This document shows positions 50,601-64,000 of a stretch of 64,000 nucleotides of DNA, piece by piece. The stretch comes from Magallana gigas (taxonomy: Eukaryota). The stretch spans positions 47,802,001-47,866,000 of the forward strand of contig NC_088860.1 in NCBI RefSeq assembly GCF_963853765.1, written 5' to 3'. The first letter of the stretch is position 1; every line of letters begins with the position of its first letter. The translations under genes and the position numbers were made by a program. The notes beneath the pieces are model-generated. The model saw only the letters and a list, made by a program, of their open reading frames with translations. It was not told the DNA's origin and did no database searches.

Positions 50601-51178
50601 ACGAACTCACAGACCACTTAAAACAGTGGCTACATGACGGTTCATTCCCTGGAAAAATAACATGGAAAAAAATTGTGAGGACCGCCGTTTCAACTCTATA
50701 CAAGTCACAGCGTCAAACTCGTATATCAAATGATTCTGACTTCTTAACTTTTCGTCTGATCTTCGACGACATAGATCCCTCATCACTCTGGAAACTCCCC
50801 AGAAACTGTTACGAGATCAACCTGTGTAAATTTGTATGCAAACTCATCTCCAACACCCGCGAGTGCATCAACGTATACACTTGTCTACTGTGCCAAAGGC
50901 CCTTCAAAAACTTAATTGCGCATGCTTCGTGCACATGTGCAGCAACCGAAACCATCCGAGATGTATGGTGGGAGAAGGTCATCAACTTATACGACATAAG
51001 ACTGTCGGCGGAACTGTGTGGCCTTGCCGAGGACGACTTCCTCGTTATTCTTTTGGGGCGACGAACTGATACACCGCTTGAAAGCTCAGCAACAGCATCT
51101 TTTCGCATGCTCAATTACAGGCTCCTAAAAAACACTGTAGCCTTATACAATAAGGCATTATCATTTCAATGTATGTGA
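47669..51178 (+). pseudogene. ORF2 of unit 1 with two in-frame TAA stops (49334-49336, 50594-50596)
   Basis: MSWNVRG, LSEH, GDLNG, LDY and SDHLP; AFDTVW, QGGVLS and LADD; C-terminal CLLC...HASCTC. All three ORF-track pieces share one frame. Confidence 0.92.
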
Positions 51179-51233
51179 CAATATGATTTATTTACTGGCA
51201 TGCCCATGCTCTTTTGTATATATGTTCGGATAT

Positions 51234-51268
<35 letters not shown>

Positions 51269-52567
51269 TTCATTTATTTACTGATGTTTTGTTTGTAATA
51301 ATAATTTGATATGTTATAATTTGATCATCATGATCCTCTACGGAGGGAAATAAATTATGAATGAATGAAAAAGGGTGGTTATGGGGTGTTTAGCACCTCT
51401 TTAAACAATAGAATGTTTTGATACTTAGAACAACACTGTGTACTGTTGACACATTCTTCACAGTAAAGAATTCATTGAATGTACATGTACAACTAATTGG
51501 AGTACATTTTTCAAATGATTTGAATTTCTTAATAAGACACTCTTAAAATGTTATGAAATTGTGTTGATATAGCTAGTTATATTGACAATTTAAGAATGGA
51601 TTTTTAATTTTTTTTAACATGCTTAATCATACAACTAAAATATTTTTATCTCAAGAATTATTTTTCTTCTTTAAAAACAATTTTTAATCAAATACAGTTA
51701 TTCAATTCATCACGATTTTACAAATAAACATGCATTGAAAAGCATAGTAATGCAAAGTAATGCCATGTAATGCCAGCATTATACTAGATTTTGGAAGTAA
51801 TGCATTACATTACCATTACGTGTAATGCTTAAATTACACATTACTAGCATTACTTTGAAAATATGTAACGAATTGCAATGCATTACCATTACATTTAGCA
51901 TTACCCCAAACCCTGGTGTCCTGGGATTTGATTCTTCTGAGTTGTGGAGTCAGTAAATACGATCTATTTTCTATGTTCAATGTAATCTGATTAAAGTACA
52001 ATCCACTAAAGTGCAAGAGATATGATAATGACCCATTCCAGTTCATGTATTGACGTAAGAATGAACTGAGTTGAGTTTCGTCATAATATAAAACTTATTA
52101 GTAAGACACTTTTCAATATACGACTTGCATTACAGATTGACTCCGAGCCAGGACCGATGTAACGACGAAAAGTGACCCCCGTAGAATATTGACCTGCGGG
52201 TTAAATTTCTACGGAGAAAACTGATCCAGAGTCAGTGTGTTCTATGACAAGTAGGGTCCTTTTTCTACAGTAGAAAACCATTCAAGACCTGTAGATCTGC
52301 GACCCCCACACGTTGAGAGCTGACCCCCATAGAATTTGACCTCACTTATAAACTACATAGAAATTATAGAAATTAAAGGCGATACGTTTAGCATTCATGT
52401 TTTGTAAGTGTCCGGGTGGTGGGGGGGGGGGGGGGTATGCGCCTCCCGTTTTACCCTTTTACATATATAACATCACTTTGAAGTTTTTATCTTGAAGAAC
52501 TTGTCAGCTTGCCTTGTGGTGCCCCTTCGCTAAGCCTTGTCAGGGTCCCCCCGGGGTATATTACAAA

Positions 52568-54328
52568 ATGGCGACAGCCAGCGGTGGTCGCTTAGACGAG
52601 GATCCAAACTTTTCCTCAATTAATGCCTACAGAGATTGCGACAATGCCCTACAATGTGCACCAGTCAACGACAGCAGAAGTAATCTTCTAACCGATGTTC
52701 TAAATGTTGAGGAATCTGTGCTGAATTGCACATTATTGCAGTTGTTTACATCTGAGGGCGTGAGTACTTCTTACGATAACAATGTCTACGATTTGCCAAA
52801 CTCGCAAATGCCTATTATCGAGAACGAAGGTTTATCGAACGCTGAGTATATCAATCTTATTGATTCCCAACTTCAGAATTTACCAAAAGAAATTTGTGTT
52901 AATAAATTACTTGAACTTCTTGATGACGATGAGAACAAAATCATGTGGTATAGAAACGTTCTTTACTCCCGGGCAAAAACCCTCCCCGACTGCCCTCCTG
53001 GCAGACTTAAAAGTAGAAGAACTACTAAAAGTAACAACAGTACTGAAAGATATGCAAGAGACTGTCACACTTTATACATGTTTACCCAAGGGGAAAAATC
53101 GGGATTGAATGTAATTTTTGACAAAAGCAAAACATTACCAGTCCCTTCCGATACATTCAAGCATGAAACCTCAAAAATTGAGTTAGTTGAATTTCGATCA
53201 TTGCTGCAATTATTACAACAGCGACTATCCGAATTAGAAGAAAATATTCAATCCAAAGACAAAACAATTCATATCCTGACCGCTGACCTCAAATCACTTC
53301 ACTTGAAACATGACCAACTATCTACAGAACATGAGCGTTTCAAAGCTGAGGCGAACTGTAGGTTCACTAAATGCGACTGCTTTCAGAAATTGGCAAAAGA
53401 GAAATTCCAAAAAGCCGAAACCGATTTGATGGAGTTTGAATCTTTCAAATCAAAAACTAATGACGAACTCAAACGTGTAAATAAAGTTACTCAAAACTTT
53501 CAAAATAAAGTCAACGCACTCAGCCCAAATAAATCATACGCCAGTGCTGTAGTCGAACAAACTGCCAATGAACGGTCCATTAAAGAAAACTCTACAACAT
53601 CTCGTGGAAATGACGCCATAGTCGATGGAATTCGTTCTATACGCGACTCAATGGATAATCCGTCTAAACCCAAGACGTCTGATACCGATGGTAAAACTTG
53701 TGCCGATAGAGATGTTGCTGCGTGTGCACCGGTGGCCAACGATTCACCCCGTCGGGTTCCTCAAGAAGCCAGACACAATGCACATTCAATCGACACCTCT
53801 TCATTCAACTCGCCACGCTCCAATAGTCATACTATTACGACAGCTGGTCTCAAATACGCAAAAAATAGAGACTCTTCTCCAGAGAGCATAACGCCCAAAA
53901 GATCAGTGAATTACGATGGTGTTTTGTGTCGCGTAACTGTTGACGAAAAACCACGCTCAGTTCAAAATACCGTATCTAAACAAACAAAAGATGTCTTTCT
54001 CGGAGTTACATACAAGAAGGCAGCCCGATATTATTTGTCCGGAATAAACCATGAATCAACCTACGAAGGCATCAAAACTTATGTTGAAAGCAAAGGGGTT
54101 AAAATCTCGTACTTAACCCTATTCAAACCAAAAGGGCGCTACTCAGTCCGGACAGCCAAAATCAACGTCTCGCCAAATTGCTCACAAACTGTAGAAGCAC
54201 CGGGATTCTGGCCCGACGGTGTCCACTGCCGCAAGTGGTATAGTGAGCGCGAGTGGGATTCTCGTTGTGACCAAAGGTACCCGCAGACAGACGACGAACG
54301 GGCATATCAAGACAGTCATTACCATTAA
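52568..54328 (+). CDS. Intact LINE ORF1 (~586 aa; coiled coil plus C-terminal RRM-like domain)
   Basis: ATG at 52568; heptad region LLQLLQQRLSELEE; RRM-like YYLSGI...TAKINV...FWPDGVHCRKW. Confidence 0.85.
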   Translation: MATASGGRLDEDPNFSSINAYRDCDNALQCAPVNDSRSNLLTDVLNVEESVLNCTLLQLFTSEGVSTSYDNNVYDLPNSQMPIIENEGLSNAEYINLIDSQLQNLPKEICVNKLLELLDDDENKIMWYRNVLYSRAKTLPDCPPGRLKSRRTTKSNNSTERYARDCHTLYMFTQGEKSGLNVIFDKSKTLPVPSDTFKHETSKIELVEFRSLLQLLQQRLSELEENIQSKDKTIHILTADLKSLHLKHDQLSTEHERFKAEANCRFTKCDCFQKLAKEKFQKAETDLMEFESFKSKTNDELKRVNKVTQNFQNKVNALSPNKSYASAVVEQTANERSIKENSTTSRGNDAIVDGIRSIRDSMDNPSKPKTSDTDGKTCADRDVAACAPVANDSPRRVPQEARHNAHSIDTSSFNSPRSNSHTITTAGLKYAKNRDSSPESITPKRSVNYDGVLCRVTVDEKPRSVQNTVSKQTKDVFLGVTYKKAARYYLSGINHESTYEGIKTYVESKGVKISYLTLFKPKGRYSVRTAKINVSPNCSQTVEAPGFWPDGVHCRKWYSEREWDSRCDQRYPQTDDERAYQDSHYH

Positions 54329-54335
54329 ACCAATT

Positions 54336-57300
54336 ATGTCATTTTGTTCAAAACATGTTATTTCATTTTGGTATTTTCTGTCTCAAATTATGGTCATTCT
54401 TATGTCATGGAACGTCCGTGGTATCTTCTCATCCACGCTGTGTCTCTCTTCGCTGTTAGACAGAGAGAAATGTGACATTGCTGTACTCTCGGAACACAAA
54501 CTTAAACAAGAAACAAGAGGTTACCTTGATACAATACATACAGACTTTTTAAGTTTCGTCAAATTTGAGGATGAAAAATCTACTCATACAAACGTACTCT
54601 TCGCCGGCAGAGGCGGCGTAGCTATAATGTATAGGAAATGTTTAGCTTTCTCAATACGGGAAATTCCATGCTTCGACTCAAACCGCATTATTGGAATTGA
54701 GCTAAAGACATGCAACGGATGCGTGTACATATTGGGTGCTTACTTACCTTCTGACAATAATGTTGACAATTACGCGTACGAATTAAATTTACTTGAAAAT
54801 TTATACAATCACTACTCGAATTATGGAAAAGTTATAATAGCGGGTGACCTAAATGGCAGTCTAGTCGATTCAACCGGAACTAATGAACGGAAGTCAGAAA
54901 TTCTGTCGTCGTTTGCATTTAGAAAAAACCTTTGTACTCCTTACATAGACTTTAAAACTTGTGGTGAAAACTATACTTTCACATATAAAAAAACAACCCT
55001 GGACTACGTCTTATTTGACAAATCTGTTTTAACATTGCTGCATCGTTACCTAACATACGTAGAGGGCTCATTCTCACTTACATCTGACCACCTTCCGATA
55101 ATTGCCACATTTAATCTACGCGCCATGCAATGCCACCACCTGAAGACTTCCCAGACAAAACTTTTAGCATGGCACAAAGCTACCGCTGAAAATATTGCGG
55201 AGTATAGGAACAAAATTGACGAACATCTCTCCGCTGCGTTTGGTGAAGAACTTCGCAATGAAACAGACATTTCAGTGTATATCGACAATTTAACCAAAAT
55301 TCTGCATAAGTGCGCTCACGACTGTATTCCATCTTCGTCCTTCAACCCTTTCACCCGACCTGGCTGGACTTCTTCTGTAAAGGAGCTCCATAAAATTGAA
55401 AGAGCCAAACGGCGCATATGGATAGGACTAGGAAGACCTCGAGGGATGGAATTTACGTCATACCTAGAATATAAAAAGGCCAAGAGAAATTTCCGGAGGG
55501 CCCTTGAAGAAGCACACGAACGCTACATGTGTGATGTCTACAAAGAAATCGACGAAGCCGCAGAAGTAGACATACGTCTATTCTGGAGACTGACAAAGAG
55601 ACGAAAACCCAGAACTTCGCGCATTTACCCCGAAATCCAGGATGAGGGAGGAACAACCCATACAGATCCGGAAGGGGTGGCAGAAACTTTTGCCAACTAT
55701 TACCAAAGTATATATACCCCCTTAGAAGATGTTCAGTTCGATCCGGATTTCAAGTCACAGATAGATCTCGAGATGAAACATATTACTGCAACTTGTGAAA
55801 GTGATATACACGACTTTCCCGGGGGCTGCATTACCACAAAAGAACTAAATGCAATAATCAGCTGTTTGAAGCTCCGCAAGGCACCTGGCAATGACTCAAT
55901 TACTAACGAACATATCGTTCACGGGGGGAAATCACTTGTTCGATGCCTCGTTAATTTATATAACGCCATCGCGTCTTTGGGGAAAATACCTCTTCAGTGG
56001 TAACAAGGGCTTATTGTGCCTTTGTACAAGGGAGGATCGAAGCCCAAAAATATGTGCGACAGTTACAGACCTGTAGCCTTACTACCTTGTTTATTTAAAA
56101 TTTTTGAAAAAATCATTCTGTCTCGCATATCTGAGTTTTTAACATTAAGTGCTCATTTTCCCAATGCTCAGCAGCAAGGGTTTCAAAAATCGTTAAGCTG
56201 CTTAACTGCATCTTTTAATTTGCAGGAAACAATTTTGCACAACACAGAACAGGGAAACAATGTATATGTAAGCTTTTTAGATTCTAGCAAAGCATTCGAT
56301 ACAGTGTGGAGAGAAGGGCTTATGTTCAAACTGTATAATATTGGTGTTACTGGTAAAATATGGACACTTATTAACAATTGTCATCAACATACTACAAGCT
56401 CTGTCATTGTAAACCAGATAAAATCAAAATGGTTTAGTGTTAATCAAGGTGTCAGACAAGGAGGTGTTCTGTCCACTTTTTTGTATCTTGTTTTTATTAA
56501 CGACCTCCTAATTGAATTAGAGGACAATAGTAAAAATATTGGTGTACTAAATGTTCCCAGCAGTTGTCCATCCCTAGCAGACGATATTTCATGTATTAGC
56601 TTATCTCCAATAGGCCTTCAACTACTTTTAAACACTGCTTTTATGTATTCAAACAAATGGCGATTTCGATTTAATGCTACCAAATCATGTGTGTTAGTAT
56701 TTTGTCCGAAACATTGTACATTTAAAGAATCATTTCAATGGTTTTTAGGTCAATGTTTAATTCCTACAGCAGACAAATACAATCATTTAGGTATTATTGT
56801 TGACAACAGATGTAAACAATCTGCTAGGATAACGGAAGCATGCAACAAGGGACGCAAATCGTACTTTGCGCTCTCTGACATAGGATCGCAATTTCTCAAC
56901 CCAATGACACTCTCGCATTTATACAAGACGGTTGTGTTACCGTCCGCCCTATATGGTTGTGAACTATGGAATTGCATATCTTCCTCTGATCTTCAGAAGC
57001 TAAACGTGTTTCAACACTTTGTTTGTAAAAACTCGTTAAACCTACTAAAATCTTGTAGATCTGACATTTGTGAATCACTCTTTGGTGTTTTACCGATAGA
57101 AGCGGAAATCGACACAAGGAAATTATTATTCCTAGGAAGACTCTGTCGCTTACACTCCACTACCCTCACAAAGAAAATATTTGCGATACGTCTGTATTCG
57201 TTCATTTATAACTTAGCACTGAAGCAAAAAGGATTTATACCTGAAATTTTTGATATTATCTAAAAGTACGAACTCACAGACCACTTAAAACAGTGGCTAC

Positions 57301-57845
57301 ATGACGGTTCATTCCCTGGAAAAATAACATGGAAAAAAATTGTGAGGACCGCCGTTTCAACTCTATACAAGTCACAGCGTCAAACTCGTATATCAAATGA
57401 TTCTGACTTCTTAACTTTTCGTCTGATCTTCGACGACATAGATCCCTCATCACTCTGGAAACTCCCCAGAAACTGTTACGAGATCAACCTGTGTAAATTT
57501 GTATGCAAACTCATCTCCAACACCCGCGAGTGCATCAACGTATACACTTGTCTACTGTGCCAAAGGCCCTTCAAAAACTTAATTGCGCATGCTTCGTGCA
57601 CATGTGCAGCAACCGAAACCATCCGAGATGTATGGTGGGAGAAGGTCATCAACTTATACGACATAAGACTGTCGGCGGAACTGTGTGGCCTTGCCGAGGA
57701 CGACTTCCTCGTTATTCTTTTGGGGCGACGAACTGATACACCGCTTGAAAGCTCAGCAACAGCATCTTTTCGCATGCTCAATTACAGGCTCCTAAAAAAC
57801 ACTGTAGCCTTATACAATAAGGCATTATCATTTCAATGTATGTGA
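54336..57845 (+). pseudogene. ORF2 of unit 2 with the same two TAA stops (56001-56003, 57261-57263)
   Basis: Translations identical to unit 1. Confidence 0.92.
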
Positions 57846-57900
57846 CAATATGATTTATTTACTGGCATGCCCATGCTCTTTTGTATATATGTTCGGATAT

Positions 57901-57931
<31 letters not shown>

Positions 57932-59225
57932 TTCATTTATTTACTGATGTTTTGTTTGTAATAATAATTTGATATGTTATAATTTGATCATCATGATCCT
58001 CTACGGAGGGAAATAAATTATGAATGAATGAAAAAGGGTGGTTATGGGGTGTTTAGCACCTCTTTAAACAATAGAATGTTTTGATACTTAGAACAACACT
58101 GTGTACTGTTGACACATTCTTCACAGTAAAGAATTCATTGAATGTACATGTACAACTAATTGGAGTACATTTTTCAAATGATTTGAATTTCTTAATAAGA
58201 CACTCTTAAAATGTTATGAAATTGTGTTGATATAGCTAGTTATATTGACAATTTAAGAATGGATTTTTAATTTTTTTTAACATGCTTAATCATACAACTA
58301 AAATATTTTTATCTCAAGAATTATTTTTCTTCTTTAAAAACAATTTTTAATCAAATACAGTTATTCAATTCATCACGATTTTACAAATAAACATGCATTG
58401 AAAAGCATAGTAATGCAAAGTAATGCCATGTAATGCCAGCATTATACTAGATTTTGGAAGTAATGCATTACATTACCATTACGTGTAATGCTTAAATTAC
58501 ACATTACTAGCATTACTTTGAAAATATGTAACGAATTGCAATGCATTACCATTACATTTAGCATTACCCCAAACCCTGGTGTCCTGGGATTTGATTCTTC
58601 TGAGTTGTGGAGTCAGTAAATACGATCTATTTTCTATGTTCAATGTAATCTGATTAAAGTACAATCCACTAAAGTGCAAGAGATATGATAATGACCCATT
58701 CCAGTTCATGTATTGACGTAAGAATGAACTGAGTTGAGTTTCGTCATAATATAAAACTTATTAGTAAGACACTTTTCAATATACGACTTGCATTACAGAT
58801 TGACTCCGAGCCAGGACCGATGTAACGACGAAAAGTGACCCCCGTAGAATATTGACCTGCGGGTTAAATTTCTACGGAGAAAACTGATCCAGAGTCAGTG
58901 TGTTCTATGACAAGTAGGGTCCTTTAGTAGAAAACCATTCAAGACCTGTAGATCTGCGACCCCCACACGTTGAGAGCTGACCCCCATAGAATTTGACCTC
59001 ACTTATAAACTACATAGAAATTATAGAAATTAAAGGCGATACGTTTAGCATTCATGTTTTGTAAGTGTCCGGGTGGTGGGGGGGGGGGGGGGGTATGCGC
59101 CTCCCGTTTTACCCTTTTACATATATAACATCACTTTGAAGTTTTTATCTTGAAGAACTTGTCAGCTTGCCTTGTGGTGCCCCTTCGCTAAGCCTTTTCA
59201 GGGTCCCCCCGGGGTATATTACAAA

Positions 59226-60986
59226 ATGGCGACAGCCAGCGGTGGTCGCTTAGACGAGGATCCAAACTTTTCCTCAATTAATGCCTACAGAGATTGCGAC
59301 AATGCCCTACAATGTGCACCAGTCAACGACAGCAGAAGTAATCTTCTAACCGATGTTCTAAATGTTGAGGAATCTGTGCTGAATTGCACATTATTGCAGT
59401 TGTTTACATCTGAGGGCGTGAGTACTTCTTACGATAACAATGTCTACGATTTGCCAAACTCGCAATTGCCTATTATCGAGAACGAAGGTTTATCGAACGC
59501 TGAGTATATCAATCTTATTGATTCCCAACTTCAGAATTTACCAAAAGAAATTTATGTTAATAAATTACTTGAACTTCTTGATGACGATGAGAACAAAATC
59601 ATGTGGTATAGAAACGTTCTTTACTCCCGGGCAAAAACCCTCCCCGACTGCCCTCCTGGCAGACTTAAAAGTAGAAGAACTACTAAAAGTAACAACAGTA
59701 CTGAAAGATATGCAAGAGACTGTCACACTTTATACATGTTTACCCAAGGGGAAAAATCGGGATTGAATGTAATTTTTGACAAAAGCAAAACATTACCAGT
59801 CCCTTCCGATACATTCAAGCATGAAACCTCAAAAATTGAGTTAGATGAATTTTGATCATTGCTGCAATTATTACAACAGCGACTATCCGAATTAGAAGAA
59901 AATATTCAATCCAAAGACAAAACAATTCATATCCTGACCGCTGACCTCAAATCACTTCACTTGAAACATGACCAACTATCTACAGAACATGAGCGTTTCA
60001 AAGCTGAGGCGAACTGTAGGTTCACTAAATGCGACTGCTTTCAGAAATTGGCAAAAGAGAAATTCCAAAAAGCCGAAACCGATTTGATGGAGTTTGAATC
60101 TTTCAAATCAAAAACTAATGACGAACTCAAACGTGTAAATAAAGTTACTCAAAACTTTCAAAATAAAGTCAACGCACTCAGCCCAAATAAATCATACGCC
60201 AGTGCTGTAGTCGAACAAACTGCCAATGAACGGTCCATTAAAGAAAACTCTACAACATCTCGTGGAAATGACGCCATAGTCGATGGAATTCGTTCTATAC
60301 GCGACTCAATGGATAATCCGTCTAAACCCAAGACGTCTGATACCGATGGTAAAACTTGTGCCGATAGAGATGTTGCTGCGTGTGCACCGGTGGCCAACGA
60401 TTCACCCCGTCGGGTTCCTCAAGAAGCCAGACACAATGCACATTCAATCGACACCTCTTCATTCAACTCGCCACGCTCCAATAGTCATACTATTACGACA
60501 GCTGGTCTCAAATACGCAAAAAATAGAGACTCTTCTCCAGAGAGCATAACGCCCAAAAGATCAGTGAATTACGATGGTGTTTTGTGTCGCGTAACTGTTG
60601 ACGAAAAACCACGCTCAGTTCAAAATACCGTATCTAAACAAACAAAAGATGTCTTTCTCGGAGTTACATACAAGAAGGCAGCCCGATATTATTTGTCCGG
60701 AATAAACCATGAATCAACCTACGAAGGCATCAAAACTTATGTTGAAAGCAAAGGGGTTAAAATCTCGTACTTAACCCTATTCAAACCAAAAGGGCGCTAC
60801 TCAGTCCGGACAGCCAAAATCAACGTCTCGCCAAATTGCTCACAAACTGTAGAAGCACCGGGATTCTGGCCCGACGGTGTCCACTGCCGCAAGTGGTATA
60901 GTGAGCGCGAGTGGGATTCTCGTTGTGACCAAAGGTACCCGCAGACAGACGACGAACGGGCATATCAAGACAGTCATTACCATTAA
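59226..60986 (+). pseudogene. ORF1 of unit 3, broken by TGA at 59853-59855
   Basis: Same allele as unit 1. Confidence 0.9.
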
Positions 60987-60993
60987 ACCAATT

Positions 60994-63900
60994 ATGTCAT
61001 TTTGTTCAAAACATGTTATTTCATTTTGGTATTTTCTGTCTCAAATTATGGTCATTCTTATGTCATGGAACGTCCGTGGTATCTTCTCATCCACGCTGTG
61101 TCTCTCTTCGCTGTTAGACAGAGAGAAATGTGACATTGCTGTACTCTCGGAACACAAACTTAAACAAGAAACAAGAGGTTACCTTGATACAATACATACA
61201 GACTTTTTAAGTTTCGTCAAATTTGAGGATGAAAAATCTACTCATACAAACGTACTCTTCGCCGGCAGAGGCGGCGTAGCTATAATGTATAGGAAATGTT
61301 TAGCTTTCTCAATACGGGAAATTCCATGCTTCGACTCAAACCGCATTATTGGAATTGAGCTAAAGACATGCAACGGATGCGTGTACATATTGGGTGCTTA
61401 CTTACCTTCTGACAATAATGTTGACAATTACGCGTACGAATTAAATTTACTTGAAAATTTATACAATCACTACTCGAATTATGGAAAAGTTATAATAGCG
61501 GGTGACCTAAATGGCAGTCTAGTCGATTCAACCGGAACTAATGAACGGAAGTCAGAAATTCTGTCGTCGTTTGCATTTAGAAAAAACCTTTGTACTCCTT
61601 ACATAGACTTTAAAACTTGTGGTGAAAACTATACTTTCACATATAAAAAAACAACCCTGGACTACGTCTTATTTGACAAATCTGTTTTAACATTGCTGCA
61701 TCGTTACCTAACATACGTAGAGGGCTCATTCTCACTTACATCTGACCACCTTCCGATAATTGCCACATTTAATCTACGCGCCATGCAATGCCACCACCTG
61801 AAGACTTCCCAGACAAAACTTTTAGCATGGCACAAAGCTACCGCTGAAAATATTGCGGAGTATAGGAACAAAATTGACGAACATCTCTCCGCTGCGTTTG
61901 GTGAAGAACTTCGCAATGAAACAGACATTTCAGTGTATATCGACAATTTAACCAAAATTCTGCATAAGTGCGCTCACGACTGTATTCCATCTTCGTCCTT
62001 CAACCCTTTCACCCGACCTGGCTGGACTTCTTCTGTAAAGGAGCTCCATAAAATTGAAAGAGCCAAACGGCGCATATGGATAGGACTAGGAAGACCTCGA
62101 GGGATGGAATTTACGTCATACCTAGAATATAAAAAGGCCAAGAGAAATTTCCGGAGGGCCCTTGAAGAAGCACACGAACGCTACATGTGTGATGTCTACA
62201 AAGAAATCGACGAAGCCGCAGAAGTAGACATACGTCTATTCTGGAGACTGACAAAGAGACGAAAACCCAGAACTTCGCGCATTTACCCCGAAATCCAGGA
62301 TGAGGGAGGAACAACCCATACAGATCCGGAAGGGGTGGCAGAAACTTTTGCCAACTATTACCAAAGTATATATACCCCCTTAGAAGATGTTCAGTTCGAT
62401 CCGGATTTCAAGTCACAGATAGATCTCGAGATGAAACATATTACTGCAACTTGTGAAAGTGATATACACGACTTTCCCGGGGGCTGCATTACCACAAAAG
62501 AACTAAATGCAATAATCAGCTGTTTGAAGCTCCGCAAGGCACCTGGCAATGACTCAATTACTAACGAACATATCGTTCACGGGGGGAAATCACTTGTTCG
62601 ATGCCTCGTTAATTTATATAACGCCATCGCGTCTTTGGGGAAAATACCTCTTCAGTGGTAACAAGGGCTTATTGTGCCTTTGTACAAGGGAGGATCGAAG
62701 CCCAAAAATATGTGCGACAGTTACAGACCTGTAGCCTTACTACCTTGTTTATTTAAAATTTTTGAAAAAATCATTCTGTCTCGCATATCTGAGTTTTTAA
62801 CATTAAGTGCTCATTTTCCCAATGCTCAGCAGCAAGGGTTTCAAAAATCGTTAAGCTGCTTAACTGCATCTTTTAATTTGCAGGAAACAATTTTGCACAA
62901 CACAGAACAGGGAAACAATGTATATGTAAGCTTTTTAGATTCTAGCAAAGCATTCGATACAGTGTGGAGAGAAGGGCTTATGTTCAAACTGTATAATATT
63001 GGTGTTACTGGTAAAATATGGACACTTATTAACAATTGTCATCAACATACTACAAGCTCTGTCATTGTAAACCAGATAAAATCAAAATGGTTTAGTGTTA
63101 ATCAAGGTGTCAGACAAGGAGGTGTTCTGTCCACTTTTTTGTATCTTGTTTTTATTAACGACCTCCTAATTGAATTAGAGGACAATAGTAAAAATATTGG
63201 TGTACTAAATGTTCCCAGCAGTTGTCCATCCCTAGCAGACGATATTTCATGTATTAGCTTATCTCCAATAGGCCTTCAACTACTTTTAAACACTGCTTTT
63301 ATGTATTCAAACAAATGGCGATTTCGATTTAATGCTACCAAATCATGTGTGTTAGTATTTTGTCCGAAACATTGTACATTTAAAGAATCATTTCAATGGT
63401 TTTTAGGTCAATGTTTAATTCCTACAGCAGACAAATACAATCATTTAGGTATTATTGTTGACAACAGATGTAAACAATCTGCTAGGATAACGGAAGCATG
63501 CAACAAGGGACGCAAATCGTACTTTGCGCTCTCTGACATAGGATCGCAATTTCTCAACCCAATGACACTCTCGCATTTATACAAGACGGTTGTGTTACCG
63601 TCCGCCCTATATGGTTGTGAACTATGGAATTGCATATCTTCCTCTGATCTTCAGAAGCTAAACGTGTTTCAACACTTTGTTTGTAAAAACTCGTTAAACC
63701 TACTAAAATCTTGTAGATCTGACATTTGTGAATCACTCTTTGGTGTTTTACCGATAGAAGCGGAAATCGACACAAGGAAATTATTATTCCTAGGAAGACT
63801 CTGTCGCTTACACTCCACTACCCTCACAAAGAAAATATTTGCGATACGTCTGTATTCGTTCATTTATAACTTAGCACTGAAGCAAAAAGGATTTATACCT

Positions 63901-64000
63901 GAAATTTTTGATATTATCTAAAAGTACGAACTCACAGACCACTTAAAACAGTGGCTACATGACGGTTCATTCCCTGGAAAAATAACATGGAAAAAAATTG
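60994..64000 (+). pseudogene. ORF2 of unit 3 (partial) with the same TAA stops (62659-62661, 63919-63921)
   Basis: Translations identical to units 1 and 2 over the visible length. Confidence 0.92.

Larger units (their letters stand above)
45895..51370 (+). mobile_element. Two-ORF LINE, array unit 1 (CR1/L2/RTEX/Proto2 group; clade uncertain)
   Basis: Starts TACAAAATGGCG; ORF1 then APE-RT ORF2; (TTTA)n in the 3' UTR; AATAAA followed by a (TGAA)n tail. Confidence 0.92.
52562..58033 (+). mobile_element. Two-ORF LINE, array unit 2
   Basis: Near-identical to unit 1. Confidence 0.92.
44702..64000 (+). repeat. Head-to-tail tandem array of host spacer plus LINE, ~6.66-kb units, at least 3
   Basis: Spacers at 44702-45894, 51371-52561 and 58034-59219; LINEs start at 45895, 52562 and 59220 (periods 6667 and 6658). 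The spacer matches 16021-17195. Confidence 0.97.
59220..64000 (+). mobile_element. Two-ORF LINE, array unit 3 (cut by the window end)
   Basis: Near-identical to unit 1, including the ORF1 stop. Confidence 0.92.

Overview
AT-rich animal DNA, most likely an oyster or related bivalve (inferred from the Helentron with a ~166-bp satellite core, the single-exon B-box/NHL genes and the Mab-21/cGAS-like genes). No prokaryotic features or CRISPR array. (1) A backbone of about 8 kb occurs twice (1063-17195 and 31939-45894). Each copy carries an intact RING-less TRIM-like B-box/coiled-coil/NHL gene with a tRNA-like cloverleaf upstream, and each has its own transposon insertions, whose empty sites can be read in the other copy. 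(2) The unique middle holds a DNA polymerase lambda BRCT-exon fragment, two decayed cGAS-like receptor paralogs and many repeat relics. (3) A young, intact GalEa-type Copia element has identical 133-bp LTRs. (4) A 5'-truncated LINE has ORF1 and ORF2 in one frame with no AUG before the endonuclease. (5) A head-to-tail array of ~6.66-kb units (1.19 kb host DNA plus a 5.47-kb LINE) runs off the window end. All family assignments come from motif recognition by eye; no database search was run.
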